From NCBI GenBank assembly GCA_963827235.1, contig CAWHAE010000010.1, positions 256,001-320,000 on the forward strand: a stretch of DNA of 64,000 nucleotides, in the 5' to 3' direction. The stretch's first letter is position 1; every line of letters begins with the position of its first letter. Shown here in pieces: positions 1 to 9,120 of the stretch. Source of the DNA: an uncultured bacterium. GTDB taxonomy: Bacteria > Chloroflexota > UBA5177 > JANWHV01. The notes beneath the pieces are model-generated. The model searched no databases. It was not told where the DNA came from and saw only the letters and a program-made list of their open reading frames with translations. A program made the translations under genes and the position numbers.

Positions 1-816
1 CTGGGCTAGCCACTGCGCGATTTCGCTGGCGGGATCATCTACCGCTTTCTGCAGGCGTACGGCCGAGTTGAGAATGTCGTCACTTGCGATCGTGTCATCG
101 ATGGACGTGCCGCCCGTCGTGACCATCGGCGTCATGTATAGGTCCTGGGCGACCTGCACCGGCATCGCGAGGCCTGAGTCACGAGCAGCCTTGATGGCTG
201 CGGCATCGGGTGGTGATCCTTGCGCTGTGAAGCCGGCGATCTTCGGCACCAGGTGTTGATCCGGCCATTCGGTGGCAAGGATTGTGCCTACTTCAGGCAG
301 GGTCCAGGACCGGTGATCGAAGATGTCGATGAGGTAGGCATCGTAGGGGCGAAAAAGGACAAACATGACATGCGTGTCGCCTCGTACGAAGCCAGCCCGG
401 TTCCCCACAGTCTCCATGGTCAGCGACACGTGTAGGTGGTGAACGCCTAGATCGTTCAGCAACATATCCAAGTCCGGGCGTGCTGTGTACTTGCGGCCCG
501 AATTTCGCTGCTCGTAGGTCACGTTGATGCGTGCACTCAGGTAGCGCGTGAGATCCGTGCCACGTTCCATGTCATGCTCGATGGTAGCGATCGATGCCTG
601 GTACTGCGGGTCGCTGTGCAAGGAATTGGCCATGTAGCGTGCAGAGCGATGCAGAAAGCGCGGCCGCGCCGCCACGCGTCGGTGCAGCCAGGTCATGTAG
701 CGGGGCATCAGGTTCCTCACGTGCATTCCCTGCAGCTCGGCCAGGGTTACCTGGTCGGTGATAGGCGCCGACAGGGCTGCCAGTGCCTGTTCGCGCGCTT
801 GCTCTAGGAATGTCAT
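1..816 (-). CDS. Conserved hypothetical protein, 3' end runs off the window edge
   Basis: Not in the ORF track because it has no stop inside the window. ATG at 816 follows a GAGGTG RBS and the frame stays open to base 1 (MTFLEQAREQALAAL...DLDMLLNDLGVHHLHVS...YLIDIFDH...EWP). Confidence 0.7.
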   Translation of the reverse strand, partial: MTFLEQAREQALAALSAPITDQVTLAELQGMHVRNLMPRYMTWLHRRVAARPRFLHRSARYMANSLHSDPQYQASIATIEHDMERGTDLTRYLSARINVTYEQRNSGRKYTARPDLDMLLNDLGVHHLHVSLTMETVGNRAGFVRGDTHVMFVLFRPYDAYLIDIFDHRSWTLPEVGTILATEWPDQHLVPKIAGFTAQGSPPDAAAIKAARDSGLAMPVQVAQDLYMTPMVTTGGTSIDDTIASDDILNSAVRLQKAVDDPASEIAQWLAQ

Positions 817-925
817 TGCTGACACCTCACAATCTGGGCTTTGCGACTGAGCCGCAGGGTAACAATCCAGGTCCAGTGTACCGCGCCTCGGTTGCGGCAT
901 TAAGCTCGCTCTCCAGCAGCATCTG

Positions 926-2098
926 TCAGATCTCACTGTCGGGAAGAGCTTGGGCGACTCGCAGCTGCGTCGTTCCGCTCAGACGCTCGGCGAAGCGCTG
1001 CCCGGACGAGCTGAACGGCGGATTGTGCAGAAAGGCGTCTGGCGCGATGTGTAGCCGGCGTGCCGCGTGCCTTGCAAGCGCGATAGCGACTCCCTGGCGG
1101 CGGTAAGGAGGTAGGACGCAGACGCCAGCGATCATCCACCCTTCTGGGCCAGACGCCTCGGTAAGCGCGGCTCCGTCGAATATGTGCGTTTGCCGGCTGC
1201 GTCGAAGCAACAGCACGCCCATGGCGCGTTCGTCCACGATCGCGATGATCGCATGCTGGCGGTGCCGTACGTGATCAGGATGCGTGTCCGCGCGCGCGAT
1301 CGCCGCGGAGCACAGGTTGAAGTCGTAGTGCTCCTCATGCTGCAAGAAGCCGCTGAGCTCGTAGGCGATCTGCTGATGCCGTACGCGGTCAATGCACGAG
1401 ACGTAGGCAAAGCTGAGGAAACTGGGGTGGTGCCACGGCGTCTCGAAGTCGATCATAGTCCCGCGCTCTTCCCGCAGCGAATCGGGTACGTCGATGCCTG
1501 CCGTACGGCGCATGTGGCGGTGCGCGTGTTTGCGCAGGTCACCAGGTGAGGTTGTGTACTGGAAGTCGCAGATTGGGCAGAAGCGCCCCGTCGAACGGCG
1601 CGGTCGCATGGCAGGCATGGTCTGTCGTGAGGATTCTAGCTGGCGGGCATAGGCGACGGTTGGCGCTTCCTCCGGCGCTGCGTTGGTACCAGCTTCAGCG
1701 CCAAAGTAGAGTTGGTTGAGGGCGTTGAACAGCAGGCAGAGGGGCGTCGGCGCCCCCTCGACGCTGCGCAGTGTCCCATAGCTGTAGCTCCCCTCGTAGA
1801 GGGTGTCGCTGCCGCGGGGTGTGATGGCGTCTTGCACTAACCGCGGGCAGTTGGCGTACCAACTGTCGACCGTGGAGAAAGGCTCTACCTCCCGATCGCG
1901 CCACGGACACGCGACCGTCGCGCGATCCAGGGAGTCCTCAAGGGGATCGACGTCCCACTCGACCTGCACGCGCCGTCCGTATGGCGTTGTTTTCCCGACA
2001 TACACCGTGATGCAAGGGACGCCTCGTTCGCGGCAGGACCTCCTCCAGCTGCTGTGCAGTTCAAGCCATCGGCGTTTCGCTCCGTTGCCGGGTGCCAC
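926..2098 (-). CDS. C2H2 zinc finger + GNAT acetyltransferase (Eco1/ESCO-like layout)
   Basis: CPICDFQY...DLRKHAHRH finger; acetyl-CoA motif VCVLPPYRRQGVA; C-terminal PPFSSSGQRFA. The frame stays open upstream to 2311, so the start is uncertain. Confidence 0.72.
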   Translation of the reverse strand: MAPGNGAKRRWLELHSSWRRSCRERGVPCITVYVGKTTPYGRRVQVEWDVDPLEDSLDRATVACPWRDREVEPFSTVDSWYANCPRLVQDAITPRGSDTLYEGSYSYGTLRSVEGAPTPLCLLFNALNQLYFGAEAGTNAAPEEAPTVAYARQLESSRQTMPAMRPRRSTGRFCPICDFQYTTSPGDLRKHAHRHMRRTAGIDVPDSLREERGTMIDFETPWHHPSFLSFAYVSCIDRVRHQQIAYELSGFLQHEEHYDFNLCSAAIARADTHPDHVRHRQHAIIAIVDERAMGVLLLRRSRQTHIFDGAALTEASGPEGWMIAGVCVLPPYRRQGVAIALARHAARRLHIAPDAFLHNPPFSSSGQRFAERLSGTTQLRVAQALPDSEI

Positions 2099-2391
2099 CA
2101 GGAGGTAGCCACGGCGTTCTGTTTCGAGGATGAGTTCCTTAACCGGTGAGCCGTCCGGCCATGGGCGAGCCCGTAGGTTCTTCAGCGTGGGCAGCCGACT
2201 CTGATCGACAATTGCTGTGTCGATCTCGGTTAGCGGCCAAGTAGAGGAATGGCCCCGGTGGTAGCTGCGTGCGGTGGTGTGGCCAGCGGGTCCCTGACGT
2301 CTCCAGCTGCACTAGTCTCCTCCTTCACTACCTGGTCCCGATGGCTCCGAGGGTCCGCACCTGATCCAGGAAGAGCCAGACGAACCTCCAT

Positions 2392-2630
2392 GCCCGCGCA
2401 TGCCCTCAGGAACTAGCAGAGCCATGCTGTTCAACTGTCTCTCATTCGTTGGTGAGTCCTTGTGCATTCGCTCGGATGGCAGCCAGCGCGCCGGTGAGGG
2501 CAGCCGGATTCCGGACTTTGCCGTCATCGTACATGATGTGCATCCGCGGCGGCTCACCCGCAGTTTCAAGGAGAGCTTGTACGAGCGATTGGTCTTGCGG
2601 CCGCGCCGTACGCAGGGGGTGTCGTGTGTC
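2392..2630. repeat. 239-bp direct repeat, copy 1 (3' end of an unknown gene plus downstream DNA)
   Basis: Ungapped alignment with 5734-5972, about 30 mismatches counted by hand (~87% identity). Confidence 0.92.
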
Positions 2631-2656
2631 ATGTGTTCGCAAGTCTACACGCACCA

Positions 2657-3241
2657 CTATTGCGCAGGCCTCGAGTCCGTGTGACGTAGCTGCCTGTTGT
2701 ACCAGCGCAGGTTGCGCTGCGTCTCCGTAACGTGCTGGAAGTGCCTACCGTCGCCGACGAGCTGCCTCCCGTCGGGGTCGGTGAACACCCCGTGGCCCGC
2801 TGCGAAGGGCTCGCTCAGCAGCTTGATGAAGGCCTGCACGGGCGCCGACTCCAGGATAGCGATCCCGTCATTTGAATAGCGACGCCAGATAAAGCGCTTG
2901 GAGAAGGCAGGGACCAGTACGCTATGAGCGTACCCTGTGTACTGGTATCCGCCGAAGCTGAACAGCATGCTCTCGGGTAGCCATTGCCCGTGCAGGACCG
3001 CCACGGTTTTGAGGCCGGACGGGGCTTGTTCCATCCTCCTGTCGGGCAGCGTGATCCGGCCGCCGGTGATAACGCCGTCAGTGAGCGCATCGAGCGCCGC
3101 AGCCCACGTGTCGCTGAGTTGGGCGTCGGTGACCGTGTCGTCCACGTATGCGTTGACCACTGCGCTCCCGGCAATGCCGTTGGAATCGCTCAAGCGTGCG
3201 GTAAAGCTGACGCGGATCGTGGGCGTCATGATTTCTGCCAT
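2657..3241 (-). CDS. Hypothetical protein, 194 aa (possible small-virus coat-like protein)
   Basis: GGGAGAAGGGG RBS; globular alpha/beta composition; basic C-terminal tail. Confidence 0.72.
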   Translation of the reverse strand: MAEIMTPTIRVSFTARLSDSNGIAGSAVVNAYVDDTVTDAQLSDTWAAALDALTDGVITGGRITLPDRRMEQAPSGLKTVAVLHGQWLPESMLFSFGGYQYTGYAHSVLVPAFSKRFIWRRYSNDGIAILESAPVQAFIKLLSEPFAAGHGVFTDPDGRQLVGDGRHFQHVTETQRNLRWYNRQLRHTDSRPAQ

Positions 3242-3322
3242 GCCCCTTCTCCCTGTTTCAGCCTCAGTTCATCCCGCCATTCATTCGTTCATTTTGCCCC
3301 TTACTGCATTACTGAGCACGCT

Positions 3323-3340
3323 CTTAGCTGGTCTTTTAAC
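3323..3340 (-). mobile_element. Isolated IS-end-like sequence, inverted relative to the right end of the IS at 5680-5697
   Basis: CTTAGCTGGTCTTTTAAC versus the reverse complement of 5680-5697, CTTAGCTTGTCTTTTAGC (16/18). Confidence 0.5.
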
Positions 3341-3421
3341 TGCATGGATCAGACGGCTGAGGGTTTTGTGCGGCGTGAAGAAACCCAACAGCGACCAAGC
3401 GCGGTCGGATCCGAGTCTGGA

Positions 3422-4126
3422 CTACAGCAAGCCGTCCCAAGCAAGGCTCCCCGGCAACGCGAACATTGCTTCAGCGCTGTGGATACCAACGCCGCGAAAC
3501 CCACCCTCGCCTTCAAGTGCGTAGTCAAGAACTGGGTTGTCAGGTCGGCCTGCATTAAGTAGCAGCTCGGCAAGCAGGGCGAGCGCACGGTCGCTACCGC
3601 ACACGCGCACCAGGTCGCGCGAGGTCCACGCCTCCTCGCTTTCGCGACCCTCTCGCACCTCGAGCAGGAAGCGTGGTAGATCCTCCGCCCGCACCCCGCC
3701 CGGTGTCCGCCACCAGGGATGACGGTCTGTATCGCCCGGATAGTAGCAGTACTGGTACGGGCGGCTTTGGTAGCCCGGGTAATCTTGCTCGAGGTACTCG
3801 TACTCGACCACGAGGTCCTTGATGTCGGATGCAGTATGGACCAGACTCACGGAGGTCTGAGAGGGCTGCTCGTGAAAGAGTACCGCCAGAATGAGCAAAC
3901 CCAGCTGGCGGAGCGTACGTCGAGACGCCTGAAACCACAACGCATCAGCGAGATATTCCACATTGTATTGATGGCGTGCCTTGCGAATGAATAGTTTGTC
4001 AGTCGCGAGGATCGGAGGTGGAACAGGCAAAGTCTGTGTGGAGAACACGAAATTGGGATAGCCCACTGGCCCTGTCGGCACGCGTTCCGCGATGCTTCCA
4101 TATACAGCTTCGAGGTCACATTCCAC
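3422..4126 (-). CDS. Hypothetical protein
   Basis: GTG at 4126 follows an AAAGGAG RBS. The longer ORF call to 4240 runs into IS sequence. C-terminal LEGEGGFRGVG...SAE...LPGS motif. Confidence 0.72.
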   Translation of the reverse strand: MECDLEAVYGSIAERVPTGPVGYPNFVFSTQTLPVPPPILATDKLFIRKARHQYNVEYLADALWFQASRRTLRQLGLLILAVLFHEQPSQTSVSLVHTASDIKDLVVEYEYLEQDYPGYQSRPYQYCYYPGDTDRHPWWRTPGGVRAEDLPRFLLEVREGRESEEAWTSRDLVRVCGSDRALALLAELLLNAGRPDNPVLDYALEGEGGFRGVGIHSAEAMFALPGSLAWDGLL

Positions 4127-4140
4127 GTACCCTATCTCCT

Positions 4141-5697
4141 TTAGGCTCAAGCATACTGCCAACGAGCAACAAACCTCTCTCAGGGCCTGGGGGAGAGGGC
4201 TGGCGCTCGAGAAGAGGGCCAGGCCGATGACCTGGAACACGCTATGGTATGGCCTGGTAGGCTACGACGCCATGGACCACACACCTGACTTTCGCCTACT
4301 GCAGCAGTGCCGTACCGACCTGTATGCCGCATTTGACCGGCCAGCCGATGCCCTGTTCGACCTAGTGGACGCTCTCCTGGCAACCGGCGCTGCCCCTTCA
4401 CCGGCACACCTGACTCTGGCTCCGTCGCATCAGCGTGGCTGGGGCAGCCTGTACGCCGCCCTGAGCAAAGGGCGCATCGACCGCGAGGCACTCTTGGGGC
4501 GTGTCGCACAGCTCCCGTTGGCTGCTGGCGAGCCCATCTACGGCGTGGACGCCAGTGTCTGGGCACGTTGCGACGCCGAGACCAGCCCCGAACGCGGCTT
4601 CTACTACCATCCGTCCCGCCATTCGGCCGGGCAGCCCATCGTGGCCGGCTGGTCCTACCAGTGGATGGCGCAGCTCGGTTTCGTCCGCGATAGCTGGACG
4701 GCGCCGGTCGAGGTGCAGCGGGTGCTACCAGGCGACAACACCCACACTGTGGCGGTCGCGCAGATCCGGGCCTTGCTGCGCCGCCATGGGCCGACAGCGG
4801 CGGTGCCCCTCTTCGTGTTTGATGCGGGCTACGACCCGGTCCCCCTCACGCTTGCCTTCGCCGACGAACGGGTGGCCATTCTCGTCCGCATGCGCAGCGA
4901 CCGCTGCTTCTTCGGTGAGCCACCCGTCAAGGCGCAGGTAGGCAATGGGCACGGACCGCGCTTCCGGCATGGAGCCAAGTTCGCCTGCAAGGACCCCACC
5001 ACCTGGCCCGCGCCGACGGACGAGCATCGCGAGGACGAACAGCACGGCGCGGTCCGCGTACGCTGCTGGACTGCTTTGCACGGTCGGCCCAAACGACAGG
5101 TTGGCCACGGCCACGGTCGCCGGCCGGTCGTATCGGGCGCCGTGGTCCTGGTGGAAGTCAGTCGCTTGCCTGGCCACACGCGCACACCGCAGGTGCTCTG
5201 GCTCTGGTGGGCAGGACCGGGCACCCCTAATCTGGCCACGCTCTGGCGCGCGTACGTGCGCCGCTTCGATCTGGAGCACACCTTCCGTTTCCTCAAGCAG
5301 ACCCTGAATTGGACCACGCCGCGCTTGCGGCATCCGGCACAAGCTGACCGCTGGACCTTGCTGGTACTGGCCGCCTACACTCAGCTGCAGCTCGCCCGTG
5401 GTCTCGTCGCCGACCAGCGCCTGCCATGGGAGCGACCCCAGCGCGCAGGCCGCCTGACGCCTTGCCGCGTCCAGCGCGCCTTTGCCGCGCTCGTGCCGCA
5501 CTTGGGTAGTCTCGCCAGTGCACCACAACCCTGCGGACGCTCCCCGGGACGGCCGAAAGGACGCCGCTCAGGCCCTGCTCGGCGCTATCCAGCTATCAAA
5601 CTCACCGCCTGAGCCCGCTCCCCAGCGACCAGTGGTCCGGATTATGCGAGCCGACGCCTAACCGGCTGACCTCGTCATGGCTAAAAGACAAGCTAAG
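4141..5697 (+). mobile_element. IS701-like (DDE superfamily) insertion sequence; ends approximate
   Basis: Intact transposase; right end ...GGCTAAAAGACAAGCTAAG; left boundary inferred next to the RBS of the 4126 gene. Confidence 0.7.
4272..5612 (+). CDS. DDE transposase (IS701-like/DDE_5 type)
   Basis: DALFDLVDALL, RGWGSLYAAL, VDASVWARCDAETSPERG, FVFDAGYD, YVRRFDLEHTFRFLKQTLNW, GRSPGRPKG. Confidence 0.92.
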   Translation: MDHTPDFRLLQQCRTDLYAAFDRPADALFDLVDALLATGAAPSPAHLTLAPSHQRGWGSLYAALSKGRIDREALLGRVAQLPLAAGEPIYGVDASVWARCDAETSPERGFYYHPSRHSAGQPIVAGWSYQWMAQLGFVRDSWTAPVEVQRVLPGDNTHTVAVAQIRALLRRHGPTAAVPLFVFDAGYDPVPLTLAFADERVAILVRMRSDRCFFGEPPVKAQVGNGHGPRFRHGAKFACKDPTTWPAPTDEHREDEQHGAVRVRCWTALHGRPKRQVGHGHGRRPVVSGAVVLVEVSRLPGHTRTPQVLWLWWAGPGTPNLATLWRAYVRRFDLEHTFRFLKQTLNWTTPRLRHPAQADRWTLLVLAAYTQLQLARGLVADQRLPWERPQRAGRLTPCRVQRAFAALVPHLGSLASAPQPCGRSPGRPKGRRSGPARRYPAIKLTA

Positions 5698-5733
5698 TGT
5701 GCTGAGCCACGTAGAGGCAGACAAGCCCTCAGC

Positions 5734-5972
5734 GCCCGCGCATGCTCTCACAACCTAGCAGAGCCGTGCTGTTCAACTGCCTCTCATTCGTTGGTGAGTC
5801 TCTGTGCTCTCGCTCGGATCGTGGCCAGCGCGCCGGCGAGGGTAGCCGGATTCCGGACTTTGCCGTCGTCGTACGTGATGTGCATCCGCGGCGGCTCGCC
5901 CGCCGTTTCAAACAAGATTTGGACGAGCGATTGGTCTTGCGGTCGCGCTGTACGCAGGAGGTATCGTGTGTC
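5734..5972. repeat. 239-bp direct repeat, copy 2
   Basis: See copy 1 at 2392-2630. Confidence 0.92.
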
Positions 5973-6326
5973 GCGTCAGACGGGAGTCCAGCAAGTTGCG
6001 CCGCGACGGTCAGGTAGTACATGCCAGTTCGCGGCCGACAACTCATTGCGACGATCCGCAACGCCCAGCCCGTCCTACCACGCAAACAACCGGGCAACGA
6101 CCGGCCCCTACTTCTACACAAGCTCCACAGGCGCGGGGCGCTGCAGGCGCGCGCTCACGTTGGCATGCAGGTGTCTCAGCCCGTCGGCGTGCACTCGGTA
6201 TTCGCCGGTCAGCTGTTTGACCACACCCAAGGCGGTGGCAGTGCGCCTTGCAGCTCGGCCGAATGGATGATTCGCCTGAAGGTCGATTCCTTGAACGTAG
6301 AGATCAGTGCCGACGAATGACTTGTG

Positions 6327-6549
6327 TTGACATGCGGTCTATGATCGGTTTGTGGTGGATGCGCCGACCTGCAGCCCTAGATAGGACCCGACGCCTCGAG
6401 AACCGCGAGCGGTGATGTCGCTCCCGTCCCGTTGACGTCTCTATTCCTTGGCCACCCTTGGACCGCAACGAGCAACTGGTGGACCCGGCCACGACGGCAC
6501 GGTCGTGCGCCGGGTTTTTTGTACTTGGCGTCGCACGGGAAGGAGGTGG
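6327..6549 (+). ncRNA. Putative structured leader/ncRNA, copy A
   Basis: Homologous to 15550-15774; stems are conserved while loops differ; ends in AAGGAGGTGG. Confidence 0.55.
6483..6520 (+). terminator. Intrinsic terminator-like hairpin inside leader A
   Basis: ACCCGGC-CACGAC-loop-GTCGTG-C-GCCGGGT followed by a T run. Confidence 0.65.
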
Positions 6550-6710
6550 AGCGCTGTGCGTGCGAGGCGTGGGCATGGGCAGCTGATGGCTCTCGGCGAC
6601 GGTACTGTGCTGCGAGTTGAAGCCGCTTAGCAAGACTGGACGGCCTCTGCGCTGGGCGAACGGTCAAGGCTGCGCCTGCGAGGCTGTCCCTCTAGTAGAA
6701 GGGCCCGACA

Positions 6711-7451
6711 ATGATCGGTACCTGGATAGGCGCCATCGCGTTCACAGCGTTCGGCCTGGTGTTCCTGCTTATCTTCTGGCGTCCAAAGGACTCCGACGAC
6801 TGGATCACCCTGGCAGCCTTCAAGGCGGGGTCGCTCGTAGCCCTCTCCATTGGCTACATTCTGCTTCAGTCCGCGGTTCACGCTCACTGGCCTGTGCTCG
6901 GAGAGCAGATCGCATGGACGATCATCCTAGCACCTTTTGTGGCGGGATTTCTTTGTCTCGGTTGGTACACGGTATCCAGTCGCCGTGATCTCAAGGCGCT
7001 GGCACGCGCACCACTGTCCACCACAATCGAGGCGATTGGCGAGAACGCAGTTGAGAATGCGTTTTCGGAGGGTCCACCCGATGCGTTGAAGACGGCCGCC
7101 GCCGGTGTGGTCGAAGTAGGCATCTTGCGCTTGCCCTTAGGCTGGCTCGTACTGGCACTGCTTCCCGCTGTCGTCGCCGTTGTGCTTGTATTCGGTATAT
7201 GCGAACTGTGGGTGACCGGCCCCGTTGCAGCCGGCACAACCTCTGACACTCATGGGGGCGTGAACGTTCCAGCTCTATTCGAACACGTCGCCTACTATAC
7301 ATTCTTTGGCGGTATGCTCGTCGGAGGACTTGCGATGGGCCTCATGCACTGGATAGACAAGGAGCACACGGATTCCGACTGGCTTCTCTGTGTCGCAGCC
7401 GCTGCCGTGTTCTTGGTCCCCTACATGCTGTTCGAGGGCGTTTGGGCATAG
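6711..7451 (+). CDS. Hypothetical multi-pass membrane protein
   Basis: 246-aa ORF with about six hydrophobic segments; AGAAGGG RBS. Confidence 0.7.
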   Translation: MIGTWIGAIAFTAFGLVFLLIFWRPKDSDDWITLAAFKAGSLVALSIGYILLQSAVHAHWPVLGEQIAWTIILAPFVAGFLCLGWYTVSSRRDLKALARAPLSTTIEAIGENAVENAFSEGPPDALKTAAAGVVEVGILRLPLGWLVLALLPAVVAVVLVFGICELWVTGPVAAGTTSDTHGGVNVPALFEHVAYYTFFGGMLVGGLAMGLMHWIDKEHTDSDWLLCVAAAAVFLVPYMLFEGVWA

Positions 7452-7655
7452 TCGATTCATTCAGGCAAATCCTCGCCAGAGAGTTGACTGTCTCTGGCAA
7501 GCTCGGGGAAGGCTTCGCCCAGCCGAACTCGGCGGGACCCCTGGTGTCCAAGGCTTTCAGACTGCTACTCGACAATAAGCGCAACGCGTGCGCATTCGTT
7601 CCATCGCTGGTGACGGGTGGTGGCCTGGTCGCCGTGCCCCGGTTGCGCCACTCTC

Positions 7656-8030
7656 TACTACGGCTTACGTGCGGCCGAGTACGATGAGTGGTTCTATCGT
7701 ACACGTCGCTACAGCCTTGGACCAAAAGAGGATGCACGCTGGTTTGCCGAGGTGCGACAAGTCTTCAGGGTACTCAAGGAGCTTAGTCTTCAAGGGGACG
7801 TACTTGAGTTTGCGGCGGGCACAGGCATATGGACGGAGCAGCTTGCGCTTGTCCTGTTCAGAGGGCGCATCGTCCTCACCAGGAACGCGCTGCTCTACCC
7901 GTACCACAAGTAGCTGCTGGCCGAGCTGGGCAGGGCAGAACACAAGCCGGAGCACCTGCTCGCCGAGATTGCCGACCTCCTCGCTGAGCCCAGCGTTGAG
8001 AAGGTGACCGCCTACTGCCGGCGAGTCCTG
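7656..8030 (+). pseudogene. Chimeric relic: class I SAM methyltransferase N-terminus joined to a fragment of an unrelated gene
   Basis: YYGLRAAEYDEWF...DVLEFAAGTGIWTEQLA, then LVLFRGRIVL...LYPYHK*LLAELGRAEHKPEHLL with an in-frame stop. Confidence 0.6.
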
Positions 8031-8389
8031 GCCTTTGCCGAGTGCACAGCCGAGGGACTCGCCTGGCCCAATCAGTTCATCCGGGACTCGGAACTGAACT
8101 AGGTGAACCAGGAGCCTCCCGTCGACGACCTGTAGGTGAGGGAGGCGAAGCCGGGTGGCACGCAAGATGGCCGGGACGCTCCGGACTGAGGAGACGTGTC
8201 CGCGTCAGCCTTGCGCTCTGGGCGCTCAGCTTATAGACAGCTCGATGTGGCCACCTCGGGGCCGCCGACGGGGGTGCCGGGCACCCGGGCTCCCCGCATG
8301 CGGATGCAGCGCCGTGGACGGATCGCCTCCGCGCTGTTGAAAGTGTCGTGGCTGTAGCCGCGTAGGCTCTCAACTCGTCGGCACGGAGG

Positions 8390-8735
8390 CTACCAGGTCT
8401 GCTCGGCGGCACGCACCAGCATCTCGTTGACCGCTACCCGAGGATCACGGGTGACGATGTAGGCGACCGCGTCCGCGATGTCCTCCGGCTGCAGCGGCGT
8501 AATGGTCGCCGTCTGGCTCGTCGCCGCCCGACGCACGTTCTCCCGCAGGTGGGAGGCGAGTTCCGTGTCAACGGTGCCCGGCTCGACCACGCTGACGCGC
8601 ACGCGCTTCCCCAGCACCTCCTGGCGCACCGACTCCGAGAACGCCGCGATGCCGAACTTGGTGAGCGCGTAGACGCCGGCACCGGGTCGGGCCACCTGGC
8701 TGGCGGTCGAGCTGATCGTGACCAGGTCGGCACTG
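8390..8735 (-). pseudogene. SDR oxidoreductase, C-terminal half only
   Basis: ISSTAS...VYALTKFG (YxxxK)...VRVSVVEPGTVDTEL...LQPEDIADAV...VNEMLVR; the N-terminal Rossmann fold is missing. Confidence 0.8.
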
Positions 8736-9120
8736 CCGCTCCTGGAAGAGCAGTTGAGCCCAAAGGTGGTGGCACAGGGAGTGGGGGTAAATCGGTCGAG
8801 GGGATATGCCTGGCGGAGGACATGGCGCTTACGGGGTCTGGCTGGGACGATCCGGCGGCAGGTCTGGCCGCGGAGTCTGGATGCGGCTGCAGAGGCCGGA
8901 CTGGAAGGGGAAACCCGGTTGGCCTGGGTGCTGCACATGGACCCGCAGGCGCGGGGCCATGTGACCAAGGGCTGGACGGCGCCAATGCTGCGCGTGGAAG
9001 CGCGGAAGGCGGGTTTTGCTGTGGGAGCGAAGACGTTGCGGCGTAGCCTGTATCGGCTGGGCTGGCGCTGGAAGCGATCTAGATACGTCCTTGGGCGACC
9101 CGAACCAGCCTGCAAGGAAA
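8736..9120 (+). mobile_element. IS630-family transposase relic (HTH part)
   Basis: DPQARG...GWTAPML...GFAVGAKTLRRSLYRLGWRWKRSRYVLGRP; no DDE domain follows. Confidence 0.7.

Noticed and set aside
817-3421. Integron attC sites between the co-oriented orphan genes
   Set aside because: No RYYYAAC...GTTRRRY pairs with the required internal dyad were found in the spacers, and there is no integron integrase in the window.
5975-6320. ORFs 6021..6320 and 5677..6270
   Set aside because: No family motifs; the region more likely holds the decayed 5' part of the gene whose 3' end forms the repeat (stops and frame changes on the minus strand).
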